Of a stretch of 64,000 nt of DNA, positions 21,368-31,082 are shown piece by piece. Numbering within the stretch: position 1 is the first letter of the stretch; each line of letters starts with the position of its first letter. The notes beneath the pieces were generated by a model. It was not told the origin of the DNA and did not search any database. It was given only the letters and a program-made list of their open reading frames with translations. The position numbers were made by a program, and so were the translations under genes. Source of the stretch: Prochlorococcus sp. AG-418-M08 (GTDB lineage Bacteria; Cyanobacteriota; Cyanobacteriia; PCC-6307; Cyanobiaceae); the NCBI GenBank assembly GCA_003213955.1, contig QCMG01000003.1:9769-73768 (forward strand), in the 5' to 3' direction.

Positions 21368-22131
21368 ATAATTACATCAATTTATTATTATCTATTGAAT
21401 TCATTTCGAAGGGGGTTTCTAAATAAAAAAAGAATTAAGGTTTGAGAATAAAGACTAATTAGTTACTAATGAGACCCCTTTTATGTTATGACATCCCTTT
21501 TAACCGCGGAATATGCAATATCAAAAAAGAGATAAGCAAAGAATTCTAATATCTATTTACTATAAAAGGGCGATATAGAAGAAGGATAATTAATTCGTCT
21601 TGAATTTAAATTAACAGCAAAATTAACATACACTTCAAAAAAACTAATATAATTAAAAGATTTAAGAAATTTTAGGGAATATGATCTATTTTTTTGTTTA
21701 TAGAATTTAACACATAGGAATTTAGAATTGAAATAAATAAAAATTCTAAATTAATTTCAGAGGAAGAAAGATATCTTAATATGGTGTATTTATTTTTTAA
21801 TTAATTAAAAAAATTTAGCAAGTTAACATCGAAGTGATTTTTATTTTCATTAATGATCTAATAATTCTGGAATATCTGCAAATAATTGCTTAAGTATAAA
21901 ACTCTTTAGGATTGAATAAAATATCATTAAAATCCCACCCCAAGACTTGAAAACCAATTGAAATAGAATAAAATATAATTTCTATTCGTATTTATAAGAA
22001 TATTATTAATTTTATTTAATTAATAATGATGATTATTCTTGAAAATATTCTTTTTAAAAATGATTAAATAAGTTTCATAATTCTTGATAATTGTGATTTT
22101 TTGTCATAACGTTAGTTAATTATTTAAATAT

Positions 22132-23745
22132 ATGCTTTTTATAAATATAAGTTATCTTCAAGTAATTTTATTATTAATATTAACTACGCATAAAAAAAAT
22201 ATGACTTTTTATGTAATTTATGAAAAGTATCCAAACTACATTTTTCTAAAATTTATATCTTTAATAAATTTTTTCTCATTAAATAATTATAAGATTAGTT
22301 CAATCAATAAATTCAGGAATAATTTCTTAGGGATAAAAGATCAAGATTCTATGGATGAAATGAATAAATATTTGGATAATTTATTTAATAATTCATTAAG
22401 AACTGGAGGTCAATTTTTTATAGAAAATAATTTATATAGTATTCTATGGCAATCAGTAGTAATAGATAAAATTTTTAATTATTACTTCTTCTTAGAAAAT
22501 TTTGATAAAGAAGAATTTAAATATTTTAGTTTTATATTTAAATTTTTATGTAAAGTAAGATTATGTGAAAAAATTTTTTTTATTAGGTTTACTATTCTTA
22601 AATCAACTGTTAAATACTTTTTATTTTTTATTAAAAATATTTTCATAGAAAAGATTAAAAATATATATAGTGAATCTAAGATGAGTAATTATTTTAATTT
22701 CTCCTCATTAATATTACACTCTTTCTCAAAAAAAAATAAAGTTCAAGAACAAGATTTTATATTTAATGCCATTAATTTATTCGCAAAGGATTACAGGGTT
22801 GAAAAAATTATTAATTACACAAATTTTGTTAATTTATTAATTAAAAATATATCATCAAAAATTAGATTAATAACTGCTTTAAAATTGATAAATTATTTAA
22901 TTATTTTAATAATTAAATTCATCATTTCTTTTAATTTTGCTAGAGAAACAAAACATTTAATTGATAAATTTATATATTTATGTTTGAAAAATCAAAAAAT
23001 AAAAAAACAACTTAGGATTTTCATTATTGACCCTGTTGATAATAATGCTATCCCTATTTTTTATTTTTTAAAAGAAAAAGGTAACAATATATGTTTTTCA
23101 TCTTTTTCATTAGGACATTATTATACACAAGCCTTTTCAGAATATAATGGCCCCTACAGTTGTGTTCTTTCTTCAAATGAAGGCTTTGAAGAAATAGTTA
23201 AAAGAAGCTTATTTAAAGGGCCTATTGAAAATTCAAAATGTTATTTAAGTCTAGCTAATTTAAAAATTAAGGGAACATCTAATTTATTAGATAATGAAGA
23301 CTCTTTTATAAAAATAATTGTAGTAGAACGTGGAGACAATTGGTATAGAGAAGTAAGTGTTTTTGAATCAATGTTTTTTGCATCTCTTCTTTATCAACTT
23401 GATTCAGGATATGAAAATATTAATATAATTATAAAAAAGAAAAAAAACGTATCTTATTTTGAGAATTATTTGGCATCAAAATTTCCAAATAATAAAATAC
23501 AATTTTCAGATGCTATTAGAGGTTATATGGGAGATTTTGAAAACAAAGATTTCATTTTGAGTCATGGAATTTCCTCTTTGGCTATAAAGTCATCAGAACT
23601 ATTTAACAAGCCATATATAATTTTTGATAAATCAGATAATTCCAAAAATACATGGGAAATTTTATATAGTAAATCAAAAGTCAAACCTATTTTTGTAAAT
23701 TCAAAGAATTCAATTTCAAACATAATAATGGGAAGTAGTAGATAA
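22132..23745 (+). CDS. Hypothetical polysaccharide biosynthesis protein, possible GT-B transferase
   Basis: Long ORF in very AT-rich DNA. The C-terminal D..LS.G.SS.A......KP.IIFD pattern resembles GT-B capsule/sialyltransferase-like tails. The start could be 22201. Confidence 0.5.
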   Translation: MLFINISYLQVILLLILTTHKKNMTFYVIYEKYPNYIFLKFISLINFFSLNNYKISSINKFRNNFLGIKDQDSMDEMNKYLDNLFNNSLRTGGQFFIENNLYSILWQSVVIDKIFNYYFFLENFDKEEFKYFSFIFKFLCKVRLCEKIFFIRFTILKSTVKYFLFFIKNIFIEKIKNIYSESKMSNYFNFSSLILHSFSKKNKVQEQDFIFNAINLFAKDYRVEKIINYTNFVNLLIKNISSKIRLITALKLINYLIILIIKFIISFNFARETKHLIDKFIYLCLKNQKIKKQLRIFIIDPVDNNAIPIFYFLKEKGNNICFSSFSLGHYYTQAFSEYNGPYSCVLSSNEGFEEIVKRSLFKGPIENSKCYLSLANLKIKGTSNLLDNEDSFIKIIVVERGDNWYREVSVFESMFFASLLYQLDSGYENINIIIKKKKNVSYFENYLASKFPNNKIQFSDAIRGYMGDFENKDFILSHGISSLAIKSSELFNKPYIIFDKSDNSKNTWEILYSKSKVKPIFVNSKNSISNIIMGSSR

Positions 23746-23899
23746 GTAACCTCATGGAATTTGATACTTATATAGATGTAATATAATAAATATTTCAAGA
23801 TTATTATAAGTATTATATTACTCTTAATATCTAAAAAGAATTTTTAAAAAAACTTCTTCCTGAAACAAATTTATAAAAGAATTAAAATAAAAAAATTAT

Positions 23900-24943
23900 T
23901 TAATTATCTAAATCATCAAATAAAACTAAATCACCATTCTTTATAAATTTATTTGCCTTTTTCCCAATAACCCGATTTAGATTTGATGCTGACAAACCAT
24001 TGCCTGGTCTCATCATTGCTATTGACTCAGAATCGATTATTTCACCAATTTCAATATTTCGCTTGGCGGTAATACTCTTTGTAGCCCATATTTTAGATTT
24101 TTTTTCATTTTCTGATATTGTCTTTTCATGACCTCCCAAAGCAACCTCTAGACCCCTAATGTCAGTTACTAATTCCTTTAAGGATTTTGAATCACAAGAA
24201 ACTTTCCAATCCTGAGCATTTGGAATATTTTTAAACAAAGTTATATGCTTCTCAATTATTGAAGCTCCTCTACAAACAGCCCCAATTGGAACTAAATTTC
24301 CCTCAGTATGATCTGAATATCCCACTGGCCCAGAAAAAAATTTCCTTATCTGATCAATAACGCTAAGATTAACTAAGTGTTTTGGTGTGGGATAGATTGT
24401 TGTGCAATGTAAAATCGCAAGTTCTCGACATCCGCAATCGTATAGAAATTCAATAGTCTCTTTGATCTCGTTCAATTTATACATTCCAGTTGATAATATT
24501 ATTGGTTTCTTAGTTAAAGCTATTTTTTTCAAAAATGGGAAATTACCTAATTCACCTGAACCTACTTTTATTGCAGAAACCTTAATTTCATTTACTAAAA
24601 AACTCAATACTTCCTCATGATGTGGTGTACACAAAAAGGTTAGATTATTTGCGATACAAGAATCTCTAGCATATTTAATAATCAAATCATCTAATTCTTT
24701 TTCTGAAATTCTAGAAAACCAATCTTTATCTTTTTTTGAAATAAACTTCTCAGTATAAAAATGTTGTGTTTTAAATGCATCTACTTTGGCATCAATGGAC
24801 ATTTTTATAAGAGGATCTAAATTTTGCTTTTCTCCAAGATGTGAAACACCAGCTTCAGCTATAATATAAGTAGGGCGATTTGCACCTATTATTTTTCCAT
24901 CAATATTGATTGTTGTTGAGAATTTAAGAAGCTTATCGGGCAC
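23900..24943 (-). CDS. neuB: Nonulosonic acid synthase (NeuB family) with a C-terminal SAF domain
   Basis: YIIAEAG, IKVGSGE, ILSTGM, LHC...YP, GYSDHT, IIEKH.TL and MRPG; GTG start overlaps the sqdB-like stop. Confidence 0.93.
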   Translation of the reverse strand: MPDKLLKFSTTINIDGKIIGANRPTYIIAEAGVSHLGEKQNLDPLIKMSIDAKVDAFKTQHFYTEKFISKKDKDWFSRISEKELDDLIIKYARDSCIANNLTFLCTPHHEEVLSFLVNEIKVSAIKVGSGELGNFPFLKKIALTKKPIILSTGMYKLNEIKETIEFLYDCGCRELAILHCTTIYPTPKHLVNLSVIDQIRKFFSGPVGYSDHTEGNLVPIGAVCRGASIIEKHITLFKNIPNAQDWKVSCDSKSLKELVTDIRGLEVALGGHEKTISENEKKSKIWATKSITAKRNIEIGEIIDSESIAMMRPGNGLSASNLNRVIGKKANKFIKNGDLVLFDDLDN

Positions 24944-26099
24944 TTTTATTATTCCAAAAATGAGTAGGTTCTATAATACTTGGATCAATTCTTTCACTAT
25001 ATTTTGAAACTGTATTAATCATTTTTATAATAAAATCTTCATTTAAATATTCTGGCTCTAAACCTAAATCAACTAGTGCACTATGTTTAGCATTAAAGTA
25101 ATGATTATCTAATTCTTTTCTTGGATTTGGGTATAGACCTATATCGACCTCTTTACCAATCATAATGCATGCTTTTTTTACCTTTTTAGCTAATTCAAGC
25201 ACAGTAAATTGTTCTGTAAATTGATTAAAAACTCTAAATTCTCCTTTGCTTGCTGGATTATTCAAAGCGATTTCAACACACTTTAGAGTATCTTTTATAT
25301 TTAACATTCCTCTTGTTTGACCCCCTTTGCCATAAACAGTTAAAGGAATACCCAGATATGCTTGAACAATAAATCTATTCAGGACAGTTCCGAAATACTG
25401 GTCATAATGAAAGCTGGTACATAATCTATCATCAATAATAGTTTCATCAGTTTCTATTCCATAAACTATACCTTGATTCAAATCTGTTACTCTAAAATCC
25501 CAAGACCTACAAACAAACTCCAGATTTGCTGAATCGTGCACTTTACTTAGATGATAAAAAGATGGTGGTCTTTTAGGATATAAAACTTTATCGCTTCTCC
25601 CATTGTGATTTATTTTTAACCAGCCTTCTTCAATATCTATATTTGGGGTTCCATATTCACCCATGGTTCCAAGTTTTATGATGTGAATATCAGGATTATT
25701 CCTTTGAATTGCAAAAATTAAATTAAGGGTTCCTAAAACATTATTTCTTTGAGTTTCAATACAATTATGCTGAGAAATCATTGAAAAAGGAGCAGAAGGT
25801 TGTTCTGCATAGTGGATAATAGCTTCTGGCTTAAAATCTGAAATTGTATTATTCAAAAATCTACTATTTTCACTTATATCTCCTAAAAATAATTTTATTT
25901 TATTTTGAGTTAAGTTTTCCCATATTTTTATTCTTTTATTTAGATTATTTACTGGAGTAAGTGGCTCAACTTCAGCCTGACTCTCCCAAAACCTTTTTAT
26001 ATAGTTATCTAAAACAGCAACATCATGACCTTTTTTAGAAAGATACATAGCGGTGGGCCATCCTAGATATCCATCACCCCCAAGAATTAAAACTTTCAT
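24933..26099 (-). CDS. sqdB: UDP-sulfoquinovose synthase (SqdB/SQD1/Agl3) homologue
   Basis: ILGGDGYLGWPTA, KLGTMGEYGTPNIDIEEG, SFYHLSKVHDS, TDLNQGIVYG, FGTVLNRF, GKGGQTRG and GEFRVFNQFTE are all SqdB-specific. Probably a paralogue, not the sulfolipid copy. Confidence 0.92.
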   Translation of the reverse strand: MKVLILGGDGYLGWPTAMYLSKKGHDVAVLDNYIKRFWESQAEVEPLTPVNNLNKRIKIWENLTQNKIKLFLGDISENSRFLNNTISDFKPEAIIHYAEQPSAPFSMISQHNCIETQRNNVLGTLNLIFAIQRNNPDIHIIKLGTMGEYGTPNIDIEEGWLKINHNGRSDKVLYPKRPPSFYHLSKVHDSANLEFVCRSWDFRVTDLNQGIVYGIETDETIIDDRLCTSFHYDQYFGTVLNRFIVQAYLGIPLTVYGKGGQTRGMLNIKDTLKCVEIALNNPASKGEFRVFNQFTEQFTVLELAKKVKKACIMIGKEVDIGLYPNPRKELDNHYFNAKHSALVDLGLEPEYLNEDFIIKMINTVSKYSERIDPSIIEPTHFWNNKSAR

Positions 26100-26792
26100 T
26101 CAACTTAAATTTAGATTCATTAGAATCTCAAGAATTTTAACATCATTAATGCCATCAACATCTATATTTCTTGGCCAATTTATTATTTCGTAGGCACTAG
26201 GAGATTGGAAAAAAGTTCCATTATTAATAAGATTTTCATATTTGGAGAGCAATAAATTGCCTAAACAAAAATATTTTGGTTTTAGTTGTTTATTGTAATA
26301 AGTCATTCTATCCTCTTCAAAAACAAATTTTACTTCATCATCTTCAATTTTCCTTTGATTCATAGCATGAAAGTTATGTGGAATATTCGTAATAGTTTGG
26401 GCAGTAAGATATTTATCATTTGATTTTATAGCTTTAAGTAAATTTATAAAATCAGATGGTTCTAAAAGAGGGCTTGTTGGTTGTATCAAGAAAACATATT
26501 CATATTTTTCATTAGACCTTTCTAAAAAATCCTTCACTACAGCATGAACATTTACTTCATCTCCAGCTAAGTTTTCTGGTCTTAAGTCAATTTCACAACC
26601 TGATTCAGATGCTATGGTTGCAATTTTTTTGTTGTCAGTGGAGCATATCAGTTTATCTATGATTCTCGATTTAATAGATGCATTGATGCAATATTTTATT
26701 AAAGGTACTCCACATATTGGGAAAATATTTTTTAGATGTATTCCTTTTGAGCCTCCTCTAGCTGGTATAAATCCAAGTATATTTTTTGTCAT
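26100..26792 (-). CDS. neuA: CMP-nonulosonate synthetase (acylneuraminate cytidylyltransferase)
   Basis: IPARGGSKGI..KN, STD, RPENLA.D, QPTSPL and IDVD. Confidence 0.92.
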   Translation of the reverse strand: MTKNILGFIPARGGSKGIHLKNIFPICGVPLIKYCINASIKSRIIDKLICSTDNKKIATIASESGCEIDLRPENLAGDEVNVHAVVKDFLERSNEKYEYVFLIQPTSPLLEPSDFINLLKAIKSNDKYLTAQTITNIPHNFHAMNQRKIEDDEVKFVFEEDRMTYYNKQLKPKYFCLGNLLLSKYENLINNGTFFQSPSAYEIINWPRNIDVDGINDVKILEILMNLNLS

Positions 26793-26950
26793 ATTAGATT
26801 CAAAAAATTAATAGCTATTTAATTACAAAGGCTTCAGTTTCACACCAAGCTTCAAAAAGATGGTAGCTATATTAAAGAATAATAAAATTATTATTGAATT
26901 TAGCATATTTAATAAAATCCTTAAATGATTTTTTTTAAATATTTTCATTA

Positions 26951-28099
26951 TTAAGTGGCATAAGATAAATTTTTAAGAATCAAGTTTTTATCAATTTTAA
27001 TTTTTGAGATATGATCAGCTATTTTTAAACCTGCTTTGCCGTTTCCATATAAATTTGAAGAACTTTTAATAATTTGATGATAATCTTTATCATAAAGAAT
27101 TTTTTTAATAGCATTCTCAATCTCTGTAATATTATGACTAACTGAGACTATGTTTTCAGAGCGTAATCTAAGATTTTGCCTGCGTCCAATATTTACTGTA
27201 GGCAACTTAAAAGCTGTTGATTCTATTATACCTGCAGAACTGTTACCAATAAATAAATTAGCAATATTCTGAAGCCCCCAAAAAAGCGGTGCCTCTAAAT
27301 TGCTAAAAATTTCCATATCAAGAAGCTCAGAATATTCGTTCAAAGCATTCATAATGCCCTCATAACCTGGATCACTACATGGTTTAATTGCTATTATTTT
27401 AAAATCAAAACTCCTTAATGATTCTAGAGTTATTTTCATTTGTAAGTATGATTTTTCTGGTTCAGTGGTCTCTGGATGTTGTAAAAGGATAACTATCTTT
27501 TTTTTTGTATTTAATGACAATAAATTTTTAACTTTACAAGCTGAAAAAAAATTTTTATCCATTATTTCATCCAAATGACAATCACCAACATTTAAAACTC
27601 TCCATTTTTCTTCTCCCATCATTTCAACATTTAATGCACTTTGTGAATTAGATACATAATGTAAATGGGATAATTTAGTAATAGAGTGTCGCATTTGTTC
27701 ATCAATAGATCCACTTAGATCGCCGCCTTGAATATGAGCTATAGGGACGCCTAAAGTGGTGGCAGCTAATGCTGCAGATAATACCTCTCCTCGATCTCCA
27801 TAAAGTATGCAAATATCAGGTTTAGATTCTTCCAAAGTTAACGAAATCCCTTTAACTGCATTAGAAAGTGCAATAGCTCTATCTAAAGTTGAAGATCCAT
27901 TTTGATAAAGTGGAATTTCATATTGAACTTCAAAATCTTTCTTAATTTCATTAACTGTGAACCCAAACTTTTTATCTAAATGTTGATCAGTAACTGCTAA
28001 TAAAAGATTTATATTTCTATTTTCATCTAATGCTTTTAGCATTTGTTTCATAGCTCCATATCCGCCTCTTTTCCCCGTTAAAACATATACCTTCCTCAT
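26951..28099 (-). CDS. neuC: Hydrolysing UDP-N-acetylhexosamine 2-epimerase
   Basis: TGKRGGYG, GDRGE, HIQGGD.SGSIDE..RH.ITKLSHLH, QHP.T, IGNSSAGIIE, NIG.RQ..R and YGNG.AG. Confidence 0.93.
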   Translation of the reverse strand: MRKVYVLTGKRGGYGAMKQMLKALDENRNINLLLAVTDQHLDKKFGFTVNEIKKDFEVQYEIPLYQNGSSTLDRAIALSNAVKGISLTLEESKPDICILYGDRGEVLSAALAATTLGVPIAHIQGGDLSGSIDEQMRHSITKLSHLHYVSNSQSALNVEMMGEEKWRVLNVGDCHLDEIMDKNFFSACKVKNLLSLNTKKKIVILLQHPETTEPEKSYLQMKITLESLRSFDFKIIAIKPCSDPGYEGIMNALNEYSELLDMEIFSNLEAPLFWGLQNIANLFIGNSSAGIIESTAFKLPTVNIGRRQNLRLRSENIVSVSHNITEIENAIKKILYDKDYHQIIKSSSNLYGNGKAGLKIADHISKIKIDKNLILKNLSYAT

Positions 28100-28449
28100 T
28101 TTAAAAATAATTAATTAGTAGTTAAAATATCATAATTTGTAAATAATTTATACTTTTTAGTATACTTATGAGTAATTTTTAAAAGTTATAATTAAATTCT
28201 ATTAAATTAAAAAACTATTATCTTAAAAATATAAATTTTATAAAAATTATCTGTTAGTACTAATTATATGTTTTTTAATAATAGTGATTAAAGTATTTGA
28301 ATTTAAAAATATTTTTAATCAATGATTAATATAATTTGGAAAAAATTTTTGGGATAAATATTTTCATTTCTCTAAAATATTCGTAAGAAAATATTATTAA
28401 ACTGATTAAAGACTATACTATTTTTTATAAAACCATAAAGAAGCTAATA

Positions 28450-29172
28450 ATGAATTGGGAACATTCAAGATTCTCAGATGATGAGATTTACCTTAATCAT
28501 AATAACTACAAAAAACCCAAACAGACACACAAGAAAATTCTAAATATAATTGATAGTCTTAATCCTGAAGCAGGCCAAACAATTTTAGATTGTGGTTGTG
28601 CAGCTGGGGAACTTATATATTTTCTAGTTAGTAATTTTAAAGAAATAAATATTTCTGGTTTTGATATTTCTCCAAAAATGATAAGTAAGGCTAAAGAGAA
28701 AATACCTGGTGTAGAATTCTTTGTACAGGATTTATCTCAAAAATTTTCAGATTGGTGCATAAAACCTAAGAAAGATATTGTTATCTTATCTGGAGTTATT
28801 CAAATTTTTGATGATTTTGAATATGTAATAAATAATCTCATATTATGCGCAAATAATAGAGGTAATATTATTATTTCTTTGCCATATAATAAAGATCCTA
28901 TAGACGTAATAATGAGATATAGAAGATTTAATGATAAAAAATGGGAATCTGGATGGAATATTACTTGTAAAGAATCTATTGAAAATTTTCTAAAAACAAA
29001 ACAGGAAATAAATAATTTCTTTTGGGATGATGTAACATCTCCTGATAATCTCTCTAAAAAAAAAAATGATCCCATGAGAAAATGGACTACGAATATAAAT
29101 GGTAAAAATACTACAGTTGTAGGAAGTAGCCAAATTATAAATCAAACAATATTAGTTATTAAACTTAATTAA
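28450..29172 (+). CDS. Class I SAM-dependent methyltransferase
   Basis: ILDCGCAAG, GFDIS..MI and D.V...GV.QIFDD. Confidence 0.85.
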   Translation: MNWEHSRFSDDEIYLNHNNYKKPKQTHKKILNIIDSLNPEAGQTILDCGCAAGELIYFLVSNFKEINISGFDISPKMISKAKEKIPGVEFFVQDLSQKFSDWCIKPKKDIVILSGVIQIFDDFEYVINNLILCANNRGNIIISLPYNKDPIDVIMRYRRFNDKKWESGWNITCKESIENFLKTKQEINNFFWDDVTSPDNLSKKKNDPMRKWTTNINGKNTTVVGSSQIINQTILVIKLN

Positions 29173-29247
29173 TAAAGAAACTCTTGTTTTAAAAGATTTT
29201 AATAAAAATTCAATATCTTAATCAAATCAATAGAAATAAGAATCAAT

Positions 29248-30435
29248 TTAAGAAATTTTATTTCTAAGTTTCCATTCCCCGTCTTCTTTTTTCCACAAAT
29301 GTTCACTTCTTCCCTTATCTATTATAATTTCGAATTCCGTTTCATCTAGAGAGATATAATCCAAGAAAAATTTATAATTTCTTTTTGGGAACTCCCCATC
29401 AAACTTTTTGACTAATGAAACTCCTTCTTCTCTTGTAATATGATGATTCCTTATTTCCGAAGAGGCATCATAAGTTGCTCTACCAATTCCATATTTTATA
29501 AATGTTGTGTAAAAGTGGAACCCATCAATTTTATCGTCAAGGGATGCATATGTTGAATAGGTGCCCTCAGACCTTATTGAATTATCTTTAAATCCACAAT
29601 TGTCAACTGCATAATAATAGTTCTCTTGAGGTATCCATTTTCTGTAATAACTCATAAAATGAACTTCTAAATTGTCTGATAAATTATTCAAGGGTTTATA
29701 CATATTTAAATCATTTTCAGAAATACCTTCATTGCTTAATTCGGAAAGGGTTAAACTCCCAATCCTCATCTCATCAACAGATCCCTTAAAAAAATTATTC
29801 GGCATTTTATTTTGATCCCAATCTAAATTACTACCACCCTCCGCTTGATTCTCTCCATAAAAAACTAAATCTATTCCATAATCCCTAGCGATCCTAGGCC
29901 CAATATATTTTTGCCCAATAATAAATGGTTGAAATGGATGAAGAAGATTTTTAAAAGCAAGTGACGTAAGTTTTTTATGAACAGATCTATCAGGTGTTAT
30001 TAATATATTATCGTGACCTGACTCTATCCACGCAACAAAATTTTTCCATCCGATGTCAGTATAACTATGAGGAGACCAAGTAACGGTAAGGGGATTCATT
30101 CCATATTTATTTTTAAGTATATGAGAGACATATGCACTATCTTTACCCCCGCTTCCTGGAACAACTACATCATAAGAACCATCTGATCTTCTATGCTTAT
30201 CAAGTAATATTAAAAGTTCTTCTTCTCTTTTCTGCCAATTTACGACATTGTATTTATATTCGTGATAGAGACATGCTGTACATATTCCATTTTTAAAACC
30301 TATGGTGTTTCTCTTCCTAGTTTGATTCTTTAAATTATTGTTTTTAAATTCAGGAATTGTACTAGGTCTTTGATTTGAAACTACACATTTTTTACAGTAA
30401 ATTACTTTTTCAGGCAGTCCCCAAAGTGCTTTCAT
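29248..30435 (-). CDS. N-acetyl sugar amidotransferase (WbuX/PseA/PtmG family, PP-loop)
   Basis: YCKKCV.SNQRP, C.AC, DVVVPGSGGKDS, YGEN.AE, YASLDDK.D and K.GIGRA..DAS.EIR. Confidence 0.93.
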   Translation of the reverse strand: MKALWGLPEKVIYCKKCVVSNQRPSTIPEFKNNNLKNQTRKRNTIGFKNGICTACLYHEYKYNVVNWQKREEELLILLDKHRRSDGSYDVVVPGSGGKDSAYVSHILKNKYGMNPLTVTWSPHSYTDIGWKNFVAWIESGHDNILITPDRSVHKKLTSLAFKNLLHPFQPFIIGQKYIGPRIARDYGIDLVFYGENQAEGGSNLDWDQNKMPNNFFKGSVDEMRIGSLTLSELSNEGISENDLNMYKPLNNLSDNLEVHFMSYYRKWIPQENYYYAVDNCGFKDNSIRSEGTYSTYASLDDKIDGFHFYTTFIKYGIGRATYDASSEIRNHHITREEGVSLVKKFDGEFPKRNYKFFLDYISLDETEFEIIIDKGRSEHLWKKEDGEWKLRNKIS

Positions 30436-30488
30436 AGAAGATTTTTTTTTATTTTAACTTAATAGAGAATAAAAATTAAAAAGGTAAA

Positions 30489-31082
30489 CTATCCTAATAA
30501 AATTTTTATTAATTCTCTACCTTTTCTTCCTGATAATTCAGGATGAAATTGGACTCCAATTTTATTATTTAGATTTGAAACTGCTACAAACTTTTTTTCA
30601 TTTATTTCATAAAATGCAAGCTCATCTTTCTCTCCAGTCCATAAGATCCCAAATGAATGGGAAAAATAATAATATCCACTCAAAAAAGACATCTCTTGAT
30701 GAATGAATTTTACATAGTTCCAGCCTGTATGAACTCTTTTTTGAATACTATTTGACGCAATAGAAATAACAGATTTATTACCGAAATTAAATCCTTTTAT
30801 AGAACCTTTTAAAGATTCATTACTATCTTTTTGTAGAAGGTGCATTCCCAAGCATATACCAAAAATCTTTTCAAAATTACTTTCAAGAATTAATTTCGTA
30901 ATACCTTTTTTGTCTAATTCATTTTTAACAAATTTAAAATTACCTACTCCTGGCAAAACAAGTATATCTGGTTTTATTGATAAATCCTGAATGTCGATCA
31001 GCCTCTGATTGAAAACTTTTTCAAATAATCTTTTTACATTAGCTGTGTTTGAAGAACTATAAGTTACAATTCCAATCCTCAT
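30489..31082 (-). CDS. HisH-like class I glutamine amidotransferase (WbuY/PtmE-type)
   Basis: LPGVG.F, GICLGMH (Cys nucleophile), YFSHS and QFHPE triad; ATG at 31082 overlaps the upstream TGA. Confidence 0.9.
   Translation of the reverse strand: MRIGIVTYSSSNTANVKRLFEKVFNQRLIDIQDLSIKPDILVLPGVGNFKFVKNELDKKGITKLILESNFEKIFGICLGMHLLQKDSNESLKGSIKGFNFGNKSVISIASNSIQKRVHTGWNYVKFIHQEMSFLSGYYYFSHSFGILWTGEKDELAFYEINEKKFVAVSNLNNKIGVQFHPELSGRKGRELIKILLG

Noticed and set aside
24933-26099. Ordinary sulfolipid (SQDG) biosynthesis locus
   Set aside because: There is no adjacent sqdX and the gene is coupled to neuA and neuB. A role in SQDG is not excluded but is not what the context indicates.
20239-29066. 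Homopolymer tracts (A10 at 20239-20248 in the GT61 gene, A11 at 29056-29066 in a methyltransferase) as phase-variation switches
   Set aside because: Both are in frame (poly-Lys), and runs of this length are roughly at chance level in such A-rich DNA; read-level length variation would be needed.
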